NCBI GenBank assembly: GCA_041660025.1
Contig: JBAZXD010000001.1
Location: 236,162-300,161, forward strand
Reading direction: 5' to 3'
DNA: 64,000 nt
Source: Minisyncoccota bacterium
GTDB lineage: Bacteria; Patescibacteriota; Minisyncoccia; Phycocordibacterales; Phycocordibacteraceae
Shown here: piece after piece, positions 27,883-38,933 of the stretch
Layout: the number at the start of each line of letters is the position of its first letter
How positions within the stretch are numbered: the first letter of the stretch is position 1
Notes under the pieces: generated by a model
Database searches by the model: none
What the model saw: the letters and a program-made list of their open reading frames with translations, nothing else
What the model was told of the DNA's origin: nothing
Translations under genes and position numbers: made by a program

Positions 27883-28515
27883 ATGAAACGAACTTTCAAA
27901 ATTGGTGGAGTAATAATACTTGTTTTACTTTTGAGCGGAGGTTTCATTCGTTGGTTTTTTTCTCCTTTTTTCACATCAGACGAATGTAAGTACTATCAAG
28001 AAAGACTTGCATCTAGAGCTTGTTATGCACTTGATGGCACAATAATACCTATTGCTGAACAGCCAGGCACCATGTTCACAATTCGTTATGATTACGCTTT
28101 CGGAATGGGACCGGGTTGGAGTGCGTACTCAGAAAAAGAATCTAACGGACAAGCACGGTTTTGGACCTATCTTAATCCCCACACAACACTCCCTATATCC
28201 ACCGACGGGACTCGGTATATTGCGCTCTACTATGTTGGCGACAATCAAAGCGGGAAAGATAATCTGTATTTAGGACTCTTTTCTCTTCCGACTTCCGCCA
28301 GAGGACCATTTACATATCAGGACGCGGTTCTTGTTGGAAGTGGTAAAAGAAGTCATTTATCCCACACCACTTTCGAACAGAGGAGTGATGGTGTGATACA
28401 AGTGTCTTACAAAGTAACTCGCTTTGTAGATGATGCTCAACCACAATTGCAGACTGTTCTAGAGGACACGGTGCTTTACCAGATAATTGGCGATAAAATA
28501 CAGGAAATTCAATAG
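27883..28515 (+). CDS. exported hypothetical protein, AT-rich insert within the tRNA cluster
   Basis: 210 aa with an N-terminal signal/TM segment (MKRTFKIGGVIILVLLLSGG). Confidence 0.75.
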   Translation: MKRTFKIGGVIILVLLLSGGFIRWFFSPFFTSDECKYYQERLASRACYALDGTIIPIAEQPGTMFTIRYDYAFGMGPGWSAYSEKESNGQARFWTYLNPHTTLPISTDGTRYIALYYVGDNQSGKDNLYLGLFSLPTSARGPFTYQDAVLVGSGKRSHLSHTTFEQRSDGVIQVSYKVTRFVDDAQPQLQTVLEDTVLYQIIGDKIQEIQ

Positions 28516-28569
28516 AAATTGTACACAGGTGATACCTGTAGATGGATATGTTAGGAGTACAATATACTC

Positions 28570-28648
28570 ATGCAACAAATGTCCTTGCGACAGTAGGCGA
28601 TGAAACTTCGTCAGAAGGGAAAACGTATTCTGAAATAGAAAGCTTTAG
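28570..28648 (+). pseudogene. decayed 5' fragment of an HTH-type gene (..AMKLRQKGK/TYSEIE)
   Basis: In-frame TAG at 28594, a 1-nt frameshift at ~28623, then truncation; TACAAT upstream. Confidence 0.5.
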
Positions 28649-28654
28649 TTGAAG

Positions 28655-28725
28655 GGGTCTATGGTGTAGCGGTAACGCGTGACTATGGCATAATCGAATC
28701 TCGGGCTCGATTATCCCTAGGTCCA
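28655..28725 (+). pseudogene. degenerate tRNA-Ala(GGC)
   Basis: Acceptor GGGTCTA/TAGGTCC with G3:U70, D stem GTGT/ACGC, anticodon loop AT-GGC-AT; mismatched anticodon stem and broken T arm (TCGGG-CTCGATT-ATCCC). Confidence 0.75.
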
Positions 28726-28748
28726 CCGTGCGTCGGAAAGAAGGGAAT

Positions 28749-28824
28749 GGGCCCTTAGCTCATCTGGTAGAGCGCGTCCATGGCATGGACGAGGTGACCG
28801 GTTCAAGTCCGGTAGGGTCCACCA
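28749..28824 (+). tRNA. tRNA-Ala(GGC), CCA encoded
   Basis: GGGCCCT/AGGGTCC; CGTCC-AT-GGC-AT-GGACG; ACCGG-TTCAAGT-CCGGT. Confidence 0.96.
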
Positions 28825-28841
28825 AATTAATACATAGTCAT

Positions 28842-29243
28842 ATGCTCAAAGAATTCAAACAATTTTTGCTTCGAGGAAACGTCGTTGACCTGGCGGTCGG
28901 CGTTGTAGTCGGTGCCGCCTTCGGCACGCTCGTGAGCGCGCTCGTCGCCGATCTATTAACCCCGTTCATCGCGGCGGTGGCCAAAGTGCCGGACTTCGAT
29001 AGTCTCTCGTTCACGTTGAACGGTAGCAAATTCATGTACGGACACCTCATCAATGCCGTTATTTCATTCCTACTCGTCGCGACCGCGGTATTTTTCTTCG
29101 TCGTGAAGCCGATGAACGTGCTCATCGCCCGCTCGCACGGGGGAGTACCCGCGAATTACACGACCAAAAAGTGCTCCGAATGTCTGAGCGAGATTCCCAT
29201 CGGCGCGAAGCGCTGCAAGTACTGCACCCAGGCTGTCGCTTAA
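28842..29243 (+). CDS. mscL: large-conductance mechanosensitive channel with a C-terminal CxxC...CxxC ribbon
   Basis: MLKEFKQFLLRGNVVDLAVGVVVGAAF; CSEC...CKYC tail. Confidence 0.95.
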   Translation: MLKEFKQFLLRGNVVDLAVGVVVGAAFGTLVSALVADLLTPFIAAVAKVPDFDSLSFTLNGSKFMYGHLINAVISFLLVATAVFFFVVKPMNVLIARSHGGVPANYTTKKCSECLSEIPIGAKRCKYCTQAVA

Positions 29244-29275
29244 ACACAAAACCCGCCGTGAGGCGGGTTTTGTGT
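29244..29275. terminator. bidirectional terminator
   Basis: ACACAAAACCCGCC-GTGA-GGCGGGTTTTGTGT. Confidence 0.8.
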
Positions 29276-29294
29276 AGTACACGACCAGGCTCGA

Positions 29295-29546
29295 TTAGCT
29301 CAGGTGCGGCGAAACGAGTTTTGTCATCTCGAACATCGTCACCTCGCTCTTACCACCGAAAACTACCTTCAATTTCTCGTCGGCGAGAATATTGCGCTTG
29401 TTCGCCGGATTCTGGAGGTTGTGCTTCTTGATGTATACCCAAAGCTGTTTAACCACCTCGGTTCTCGGCATCGGACCCTTACCGACAACCGCCTCCAATT
29501 CGGAAGAAAGGTTGAGCGGCTTCGACAGTGCTGCGTTTATTGCCAT
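29295..29546 (-). CDS. stand-alone SWIB/MDM2-domain protein
   Basis: LSSELEAVVG...PRTEVVKQLWVYIKKHNLQNPANKRNILADEKLK..FG...VTMFEMTKLVSPHL. Confidence 0.9.
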   Translation of the reverse strand: MAINAALSKPLNLSSELEAVVGKGPMPRTEVVKQLWVYIKKHNLQNPANKRNILADEKLKVVFGGKSEVTMFEMTKLVSPHLS

Positions 29547-29627
29547 AGTGAATGTAATTGTATTAATACTAAGGGACTGACCTAGTATATAGCATAGAGT
29601 ACGGGTCATCTGGTAGAATGCAAGTAC

Positions 29628-30374
29628 ATGCATGAGGGTATCTCAGTCGTCCTCAAGGCGGAGCAGTTAGGCTCCGTTTTCGGTTTTCCTATTACAAACT
29701 CGCTTTTGATGGCGTGGCTCGTGATGGCACTCCTCATCGGTCTCGCGTATTTCTTCGGTCGTTCGCTCTCACTCGTGCCCGGGAAGCTCCAGGCCGGCAT
29801 CGAGTGGGCCTTTGAAGGAACGCTCGCGTATATGGCCGAGGTGCTCGAGAGCGAGAAGCTCGCCCGACGGTTCTTCCCGCTCGTGGTCTCTATCTTCATT
29901 TTCGTCGCTTTCATCAACGAGCTGGAGTTCTTCCCGGGGGTCGGCTCGCTCGGCCTCTGGCACGCCTCTGAATTCTTGCCGATCCTGCGGGCGCCGACCA
30001 CCGACCTCAACTTCACCCTCGCGCTCGCGCTCATCGCCTTCTTCACCATCGAGGTGACGGGCATCGCGATGCTCGGTTTTTTCAACTATGCGAGAAAGTA
30101 TGTTAATCTGAAGTCGCCGATCGGATTTGTCGTCGGGCTCATCGAGCTCGTCAGCAATCTTGGTCGGCTTATCTCGTTCTCGTTCCGTCTCTTTGGCAAC
30201 ATTTTCGCCGGCGAAGTGATGGTACTGGTCGCCATATTCTTCCTCCCGTACGTGCTCCCGGCGCCCTTGATGGGATTCGAGATGTTCATCGGCCTCGTGC
30301 AAGCGCTCGTTTTCGCGATGTTGACGCTGTTCTTCATAAAGCTCGCGATTGCGGCTCCGCACGAGGAGCATTAA
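29628..30374 (+). CDS. atpB: ATP synthase F0 subunit a
   Basis: RAPTTDLNFTLAL, SFSFRLFGNIFAGE, QALVFAMLT. Confidence 0.97.
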   Translation: MHEGISVVLKAEQLGSVFGFPITNSLLMAWLVMALLIGLAYFFGRSLSLVPGKLQAGIEWAFEGTLAYMAEVLESEKLARRFFPLVVSIFIFVAFINELEFFPGVGSLGLWHASEFLPILRAPTTDLNFTLALALIAFFTIEVTGIAMLGFFNYARKYVNLKSPIGFVVGLIELVSNLGRLISFSFRLFGNIFAGEVMVLVAIFFLPYVLPAPLMGFEMFIGLVQALVFAMLTLFFIKLAIAAPHEEH

Positions 30375-30381
30375 TACTTAA

Positions 30382-30621
<240 letters not shown>

Positions 30622-30640
30622 CGAATACCTGTTTCGGACA

Positions 30641-31090
30641 ATGCAACAGCTTTTCGACGCATTCGGCATCAATTGGAGCCTTCTCATCGCGCAGGCGGTG
30701 AACTTCGCCATTGTGCTCGTCGCACTCTGGTACTTCCTCTATAAGCCGGTGATGGCGGTACTCGACAAGCGGCAGAAGGTCGTCGCGAAGGGTGTTGAGG
30801 ATGCGGCGCAGGCGGGCGCACTGCTCGCGGGTGCGGACGGCGAGGCGCGCGCCCGCGTAACTGCGGCGGACGAACAGGCGGACAGCATCGTTGCCGCGGC
30901 GCGCGAATCTGCCACTGCGGAGAAGGCACGGCTCTTGAAAGAAGCAGAGGCGCGCGCGCTTGCCGTGACGAAAGACGCCGAGGCACGCGCAAGTGAAGTT
31001 GCGGCACGCTCTCTTCGGGAGAGCGAACAGGAGGTCGCGCGGCTCGCCATCCTCGCCGCCGAGAAGATATTGAAAGCACGCCATGATTGA
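30641..31090 (+). CDS. atpF: ATP synthase F0 subunit b
   Basis: GINWSLLIAQAVNF..LYKPV..LDKRQ followed by a coiled coil. Confidence 0.95.
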   Translation: MQQLFDAFGINWSLLIAQAVNFAIVLVALWYFLYKPVMAVLDKRQKVVAKGVEDAAQAGALLAGADGEARARVTAADEQADSIVAAARESATAEKARLLKEAEARALAVTKDAEARASEVAARSLRESEQEVARLAILAAEKILKARHD

Positions 31091-31454
31091 CGACTACACG
31101 CGCCTTCTGGAGGCCACGGCGGAGCTCGAGGATAAAGCGGCGTCAGACGCGGCGGTGACGAAACTCATTTTACATTTGAAGAGCGCGGGGCGTATGAAGA
31201 TGCTCCCTCAGATCGCGCGCGAGCTGAAGAAGGTTGCGGCGCGTCGCCATTCGCTCCGTCCGCACATAGAGGTCGCTCACAAGAAGGAAGAGGCGGCGGC
31301 GCTCCGCGCCGCCGCCGAGGCGGGCATCATCGCCCGGCACGCGAGCGTGAACACGTCGCTCATCCACGGTTGGCGCGCTCGGGCCGGCGATCGGCTTGTC
31401 GACCGTTCGGCGAAACGCGCCCTTTTACACATTTATCAGCAGGTAGCTCCCTAG
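31083..31454 (+). CDS. atpH: ATP synthase F1 subunit delta (short, divergent)
   Basis: Position between atpF and atpA; VNTSLIHGWRARAGDRLVDRS C-terminal motif. Confidence 0.85.
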   Translation: MIDDYTRLLEATAELEDKAASDAAVTKLILHLKSAGRMKMLPQIARELKKVAARRHSLRPHIEVAHKKEEAAALRAAAEAGIIARHASVNTSLIHGWRARAGDRLVDRSAKRALLHIYQQVAP

Positions 31455-31457
31455 CGT

Positions 31458-33014
31458 ATGCAAAGCATCATTGAGAGAATTGAGAAAGAGATCGCCGCGT
31501 GGACGCCCGAGGCGGGCGCCGAGGAGACCGGCATCGTCCGGGCGACCGGCGACGGCATCGCAGAGATTGACGGCCTCTCGAAGGCCGCGATGTCCGAGAT
31601 GGTGCTCTTCGACCCGACCTTTGACCGCTCGCTCGCCGAGGCGCTCAAAGATTCCCGGCCGCTCTATGGCCTTATTTTGAACCTCGAGGAGGATGGCGTG
31701 CGCGCCGTTATTCTCGGCGATGCATCGAAGATTTATGAGGGGATGCTCGTGCGCCGGCTCGGACGCCTACTCTCGATACCGGTCGGCGACTCGCTCGTCG
31801 GCCGTGTCGTGAGCCCGCTCGGCGAACCGGTCGACGGCAAGGGTCCGACCAAGGCGACCGACCTGCGACCCATCGAACGCGAGGCGTACGGCGTCATCGA
31901 CCGTGCGAGCGTGAACGTGCCGCTCCACACCGGCATCAAGGCAATCGACGCGATGATCCCGATCGGTCGCGGCCAGCGCGAGCTCATCATCGGCGACCGC
32001 GGCACCGGCAAGACCAGCATCGCCATCGACACCATCATCAATCAAAAGAGCGAGTCCCTAGCGACGCGTCCGATCTGCATTTACGTCGCCATCGGACAGA
32101 AGGAGTCGAAGACAGCGAAGCTTGTCGCCGAGCTCGAGAGCCGCGGCGCGATGGAGTACACCATCGTCGTGACGGCTCCGGCAAGCGCTCCCGCCGCACT
32201 GCAATTTCTCGCGCCGTTTGCTGGTGCCGCTATCGGTGAATATTTTATGGAACAAGGTAGGGACGCGCTCGTCGTGTACGACGACCTGAGTAAGCAGGCG
32301 GTCGCCTATCGCCAGATGTCGCTTCTCCTTCGCCGCCCGCCTGGCCGCGAAGCATATCCGGGCGACATCTTCTACCTGCATTCGCGCCTCTTGGAGCGCG
32401 CGGCGAAGCTCTCGAAGGAGAAGGGCGGCGGCTCCTTAACCGCGCTCCCCATCATCGAGACGCAGGAAGGGGACGTCTCCGCATACATCCCGACGAACGT
32501 CATCTCGATCACCGACGGCCAGATCTATCTGGAAGCGAACCTCTTCAACAAGGGTCAGCGACCGGCCATCAACGTCGGTATCTCGGTCTCGCGTGTGGGA
32601 AGCTCGGCGCAGACGAAGGCGATGAAGAAGGTTGCCGGCAAGATCAAACTCGAGCTCGCGCAGTTCCGCGAACTGGAAGCGTTCATGCAGTTCTCCTCCG
32701 ATCTCGATGCCGAGACGAAGAAACGCATTGATGCGGGCCGGCGCATGACCGAAGTCTTGAATCAAGGGCGCGGCGTGCCGCTCGCCTTCGAGATGGAGGC
32801 CGCAGTCATCTTCGCCGCGACGAACGGCTACCTCGACACATTCTCACCGGAAGAGGTAAGCGATATCGAACGACGGTTGCAAGAATACCTCGCGCGCGAG
32901 GCGGATGGCGTGCTCACGTCTATCCGCGAATCGAAGGAGATCCGCGAGGAGTCGGAGAAGACGCTCCGCGAGAAACTAGATACGTTCGTCGCTCGTCATA
33001 CATCTGCCGCATAA
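31458..33014 (+). CDS. atpA: ATP synthase F1 subunit alpha
   Basis: [40 protein letters not shown]. Confidence 0.99.
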   Translation: MQSIIERIEKEIAAWTPEAGAEETGIVRATGDGIAEIDGLSKAAMSEMVLFDPTFDRSLAEALKDSRPLYGLILNLEEDGVRAVILGDASKIYEGMLVRRLGRLLSIPVGDSLVGRVVSPLGEPVDGKGPTKATDLRPIEREAYGVIDRASVNVPLHTGIKAIDAMIPIGRGQRELIIGDRGTGKTSIAIDTIINQKSESLATRPICIYVAIGQKESKTAKLVAELESRGAMEYTIVVTAPASAPAALQFLAPFAGAAIGEYFMEQGRDALVVYDDLSKQAVAYRQMSLLLRRPPGREAYPGDIFYLHSRLLERAAKLSKEKGGGSLTALPIIETQEGDVSAYIPTNVISITDGQIYLEANLFNKGQRPAINVGISVSRVGSSAQTKAMKKVAGKIKLELAQFRELEAFMQFSSDLDAETKKRIDAGRRMTEVLNQGRGVPLAFEMEAAVIFAATNGYLDTFSPEEVSDIERRLQEYLAREADGVLTSIRESKEIREESEKTLREKLDTFVARHTSAA

Positions 33015-33016
33015 CT

Positions 33017-35306
<2,290 letters not shown>

Positions 35307-35313
35307 CGCACCT

Positions 35314-35562
35314 ATGGCGAAAACATTTCACCTCACAATCGCAAAAGTCGGCGAGAATCTCTTCGACGGGGAGGCGATTTCCGCGACGATGCCCGGGAAG
35401 GAGGGAGTGTTCCAGGTCCTCGCTGAACATGAGGCGTTCGTTTCTGAACTCACGCCGGGCACGATGGAGGTGAAAACGGCGGACGACCACACGCACCGTT
35501 TCGAGATTCCTACGGGCGGCATCGCCGAGGTCTCGCGTAACCAGGCGACTATACTTCTCTAG
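35314..35562 (+). CDS. atpC: ATP synthase F1 subunit epsilon (N-terminal beta domain only)
   Basis: PGKEGVFQVLAEHEAFVSEL, GGIAEV; 82 aa. Confidence 0.92.
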   Translation: MAKTFHLTIAKVGENLFDGEAISATMPGKEGVFQVLAEHEAFVSELTPGTMEVKTADDHTHRFEIPTGGIAEVSRNQATILL

Positions 35563-35600
35563 CCCTTGCGCATTGTCCATAAGGGGTATACTAGGGGCAT

Positions 35601-36044
35601 ATGAGTTCTGACGGCGATAATGAGGGCGGGGGAGATAACGGGGGAAGCATTATAAAAGTGCCTCCGCGCCACGTAATATTGCATTATCACGGCGACGAAC
35701 TGCGCGCCCTCTTCATCATTAGCGCTATCGTGCTTATCGTCGCGCAGTCGACCGGCGCGGACCTGCCGCTCTCGACAACCGGCGCCGTCGTCTCCGCTAT
35801 TCTGCTCGTGATCGCGGCCGGTATTACGAATCCGGCGCAATACGGGATCCATTGGTTGAATGCGCTTATCGCGATTGCCGGTACATTCATCTTCGGTATC
35901 ACCGCCGTCGACCGCTATCGCGCGGAGATAAGCTTCCTTGACCCCTCATTCATTTACGTCGAAGCGCTCGCGCTCCTCTCGCTCGTCGCGCTTTACTTCA
36001 CTACGCGGACTATCCGCGGCATCAAACAACGTCCCCGATTTTAA
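35601..36044 (+). CDS. 4-TM hypothetical membrane protein
   Basis: HYHGDELRALF..., AAGITNP; TATACT 7 nt upstream of the ATG. Confidence 0.8.
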   Translation: MSSDGDNEGGGDNGGSIIKVPPRHVILHYHGDELRALFIISAIVLIVAQSTGADLPLSTTGAVVSAILLVIAAGITNPAQYGIHWLNALIAIAGTFIFGITAVDRYRAEISFLDPSFIYVEALALLSLVALYFTTRTIRGIKQRPRF

Positions 36045-36064
36045 TTCCCGTTCATTATTTTCGT

Positions 36065-36298
36065 ATGTCATTCCAAAGCTTTCTTATTAATCAGTACGCC
36101 AAGTGGAAGATGAAGGATGTGCCGGCGGCACAGCGGGAGCAGATGACTGCGCTCGTGACGAAGGATCCGCAACTGTTCAAGAAGATCGGCGAGGAGATAG
36201 AACGGCGGAAGAAGGGCGGCGAGAGCGAGATGAAGGCGTCGATGGAGGTGATGAAGAAGTATCGCGCCGAGCTCGGTGCGCTTATGCAGAAAAGATAA
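36065..36298 (+). CDS. small helical hypothetical protein
   Basis: 77 aa, KDPQLFKKIGEEI...ASMEVMKKY; host-like codon use. Confidence 0.75.
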   Translation: MSFQSFLINQYAKWKMKDVPAAQREQMTALVTKDPQLFKKIGEEIERRKKGGESEMKASMEVMKKYRAELGALMQKR

Positions 36299-36299
36299 T

Positions 36300-36806
36300 A
36301 TGCCCACTCTCGTTCCTCTCCTCGTATTCTGCCAGGCGCTCGGCGCGAGCATCGGCGCTCTGACGGCGGTCTGGAGCGAGCTCGCCTACGTTAAGGCGAT
36401 GCGAGACGGTCAACTCGACCGCGCCGAACGCGCCCATCTCGACAGTATCGCTCACGGACTGCGCTACGGTATGGTGCTCCTCCTCCTCGCCTCGCTCGGA
36501 CTCGTCATCGTCGCCTATACGCGGCAGGCTACTTTTCAGCCGGCTCTGACCGCGAGTTACTGGATACTCACGGTGCTCGCGCTCCTTGTCATCGGCGTTT
36601 CCTGGGCGCTCTCGCGGCGGCGCATCTCCTTCGCGCTCGGCTCCGCCATTGTGTTTACCGCGTGGTGGTTCCTCGCCTATCTCTCGCTCGGGTGGCTGCC
36701 GTCCTTGTCCTTCGGCGCCGCGGTGATGTCCTTCATCGTTGCGACGGCGATTTTCTATGCTCTGCTCTCCTACGCGCGCCTCCTCGCTTCGCCCAAAGGT
36801 ACTTGA
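36300..36806 (+). CDS. multi-TM hypothetical membrane protein
   Basis: 168 aa with about 5 hydrophobic segments. Confidence 0.75.
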   Translation: MPTLVPLLVFCQALGASIGALTAVWSELAYVKAMRDGQLDRAERAHLDSIAHGLRYGMVLLLLASLGLVIVAYTRQATFQPALTASYWILTVLALLVIGVSWALSRRRISFALGSAIVFTAWWFLAYLSLGWLPSLSFGAAVMSFIVATAIFYALLSYARLLASPKGT

Positions 36807-36836
36807 CAGAAGAGAGCAGGTCTGCTAGGGTGGTAA

Positions 36837-37048
36837 TGAACCTGATTTTTCCAGACATATTGCCCGGGCGAGACGGCGTGAGTCTCCTCAAAGTGCCGAA
36901 CGCAACGCTGATGTTCTTCTAAATCAGCGCACCAATCGGCTCCTCTGAGGTAAGTGAATGAAGTTATCTTATTTTGGAGAAACAACATTCGCTTAACCGC
37001 CGTTTCGCCCGCTGCGGGGGATCACCAGTTGGTGATCCTCTTCCTTTT
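36837..37048 (+). ncRNA. candidate structured non-coding RNA (unassigned family)
   Basis: TTGACA(36803)-17-TAGGGT promoter; 14-bp closing helix 36865-36878/36998-37011 enclosing two long hairpins; terminator 37016-37048. Confidence 0.65.
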
Positions 37049-37075
37049 TATACGCAAGCACGGTAGGTTTGAATA

Positions 37076-38173
37076 ATGCTCAAAATAGGAATCGTCGGTT
37101 TACCGAACGTGGGAAAGTCCACGCTTTTTAATGCACTCACGAAGGCCTCCGTGCCGGCGGAGAATTACCCGTTCTGTACCATCGACCCCTCGGTCGGTGT
37201 CGTTGGCGTTCCCGACGCGCGCCTCGGCGCGCTCGCAGAGTTCTCTTCGAGCGAGAAGGTCGTCCCGGCGGCGATAGAATTCGTGGATATTGCGGGCTTG
37301 GTGAAGGGCGCCGCAGAGGGCGAAGGGCTCGGCAACCAGTTCCTCGCGAATATTCGCGAGACCGATGCGATACTCCAGGTCGTGCGGTTCTTCGACGACC
37401 CGAACGTGCTCCACGTCGAAGAAACCGTCGAACCGTATAAGGACATCGAGATCATCAATCTCGAACTCGCGCTCGCTGACGCCGAACAGGTCAGGAAGCG
37501 CCGCGACAAGATCGCGGGCGATATAAAGGCGGGGCGGAAAGAGTTCGTCGCGGAGGATGCGGCGCTTGCGAAGCTTGCGCAGGGGTTCGCTGCGGGGAAG
37601 CTCGCCCTCCATTCTGGTCTCACTGACGATGAGAAGAAGCTCGTCGGGGCATTGAATCTCCTCACAATGAAGCCAATCCTCTATGCTTTGAATAAGAAAA
37701 GCGGCGGACACAATCTCGATGAACTCGCGGACGGGCGCGCGGAGCGCGCATTCGAGCTTATCTCGACGCTCGGCGGGCAGTATATCTTCCTCGATGCGGC
37801 GACGGAACGCGAGCTGAACGATGTCGCAGACGATGACCGCGTCGGCTTCCGCCGGGAGCTCGGCGTATCGGAGGACGGCCTCGCCGCACTCATCCGCGGC
37901 GCATACGAGACGCTTGGGCTTATTTCATTCTTCACTACGGGTACTGACGAGACACGCGCGTGGACGATCAAGGAGGGCAGTACGGCGCCGGTCGCCGGCG
38001 CCGCTATTCATAATGATTTCCTGGAGAAATTTATCCGCGCCGAGGTCATCGAGTGGAAAAAGCTTTTGGATGTCGGCTCCTATGCCGCCGCCCGCGATAA
38101 GGGCCTCGTCCGGGTGGAGGGGAAGGAGTACGTCGTCGCCGACGGCGACGTGATGGTCTTCCTCCACGGCTAA
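37076..38173 (+). CDS. ychF: ribosome-binding ATPase YchF
   Basis: GIVGLPNVGKSTLFNA, NYPFCTIDP, DIAGLVKGA, GLGNQFL, EGKEYVVADGD. Confidence 0.98.
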   Translation: MLKIGIVGLPNVGKSTLFNALTKASVPAENYPFCTIDPSVGVVGVPDARLGALAEFSSSEKVVPAAIEFVDIAGLVKGAAEGEGLGNQFLANIRETDAILQVVRFFDDPNVLHVEETVEPYKDIEIINLELALADAEQVRKRRDKIAGDIKAGRKEFVAEDAALAKLAQGFAAGKLALHSGLTDDEKKLVGALNLLTMKPILYALNKKSGGHNLDELADGRAERAFELISTLGGQYIFLDAATERELNDVADDDRVGFRRELGVSEDGLAALIRGAYETLGLISFFTTGTDETRAWTIKEGSTAPVAGAAIHNDFLEKFIRAEVIEWKKLLDVGSYAAARDKGLVRVEGKEYVVADGDVMVFLHG

Positions 38174-38276
38174 CTTGACGAATTACTAAATTTCAGTAGC
38201 ATAAAGCCCAGGAGATTGGTAGCACATTGAGCCGGGAGTAATATCCCTTTCTGAAATCAAAAAAAGGAAGTCAAAC

Positions 38277-38803
38277 ATGTTCAATCCGTTCAGATGGTTG
38301 GATGGCATCTTATTGGGCACTGCACAGAAATTATGTGATAAACCCAACGAGTTATCGGTCTGACGAAATTTACGTTCGAAAAGTGGGCAGTAATACTATC
38401 GGTGTTATTCCACTGGGGGACTTATTTTTTCAGTCCGGTACTTGCCTTAGTCGTCCCGCTTTTAATGTACGCCACTGGTGGGGCGTTCCTGGTACGCAGT
38501 ATTGAAAGAAAGGAAGCTGAGTTCTTGAAAAATGGGAACTTTGTGCAGCCTTTTTTTGATATGCCAGTGAGAGTCGCGATTCTCATCGGTATTGGTTCTT
38601 TGGCGACTGTGAATTTTGTTTCGGCGGACTTCGGGAATAATGTATTGTCATATGGGCAAATCAGCTATATCGCATGTGCATACTTTGATGCTTGTATTCC
38701 GCGGCCGCCGAGCAAGAGCAAGGTGCGGGAGTTGTACGAAAAGGGGCTATGGTGGCTGAATGATAAGCTCCAACCAGCGCCTCTTCCCGAGACCAATCAA
38801 TAA
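38277..38803 (+). pseudogene. frameshifted hypothetical membrane protein
   Basis: ATG at 38277 with AAGGA SD reads MFNPFRWLDG...CDK; continues only after a -1 shift at ~38342 into TQRVIGLTKF...PRPPSKSK (ORF 38402-38803 is its 3' part). Confidence 0.6.
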
Positions 38804-38857
38804 TCCGTTTCTCGTCTCAACTTCACGTCCCCGCCTTGTGCGGGGATTTTGTTTACC

Positions 38858-38885
38858 AAACGGCTCAGACCCCGTCTGAGCCGTT
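38858..38885. repeat. 29-bp palindrome family, copy 3
   Basis: AAACGGCTCAGACCCCGTCTGAGCCGTT directly after the hairpin terminator at 38828-38853. Confidence 0.9.
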
Positions 38886-38933
38886 CGGGGGGTTGCCGTA
38901 TCGCCCTTTTCCTGTGTGGTATAATGCAGGCAT

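Noticed and set aside
28728-28841. N-terminal extension of MscL in the ORF track
   Set aside because: Overlaps tRNA-Ala(GGC); the true start is ATG 28842 (MLKEFKQF).
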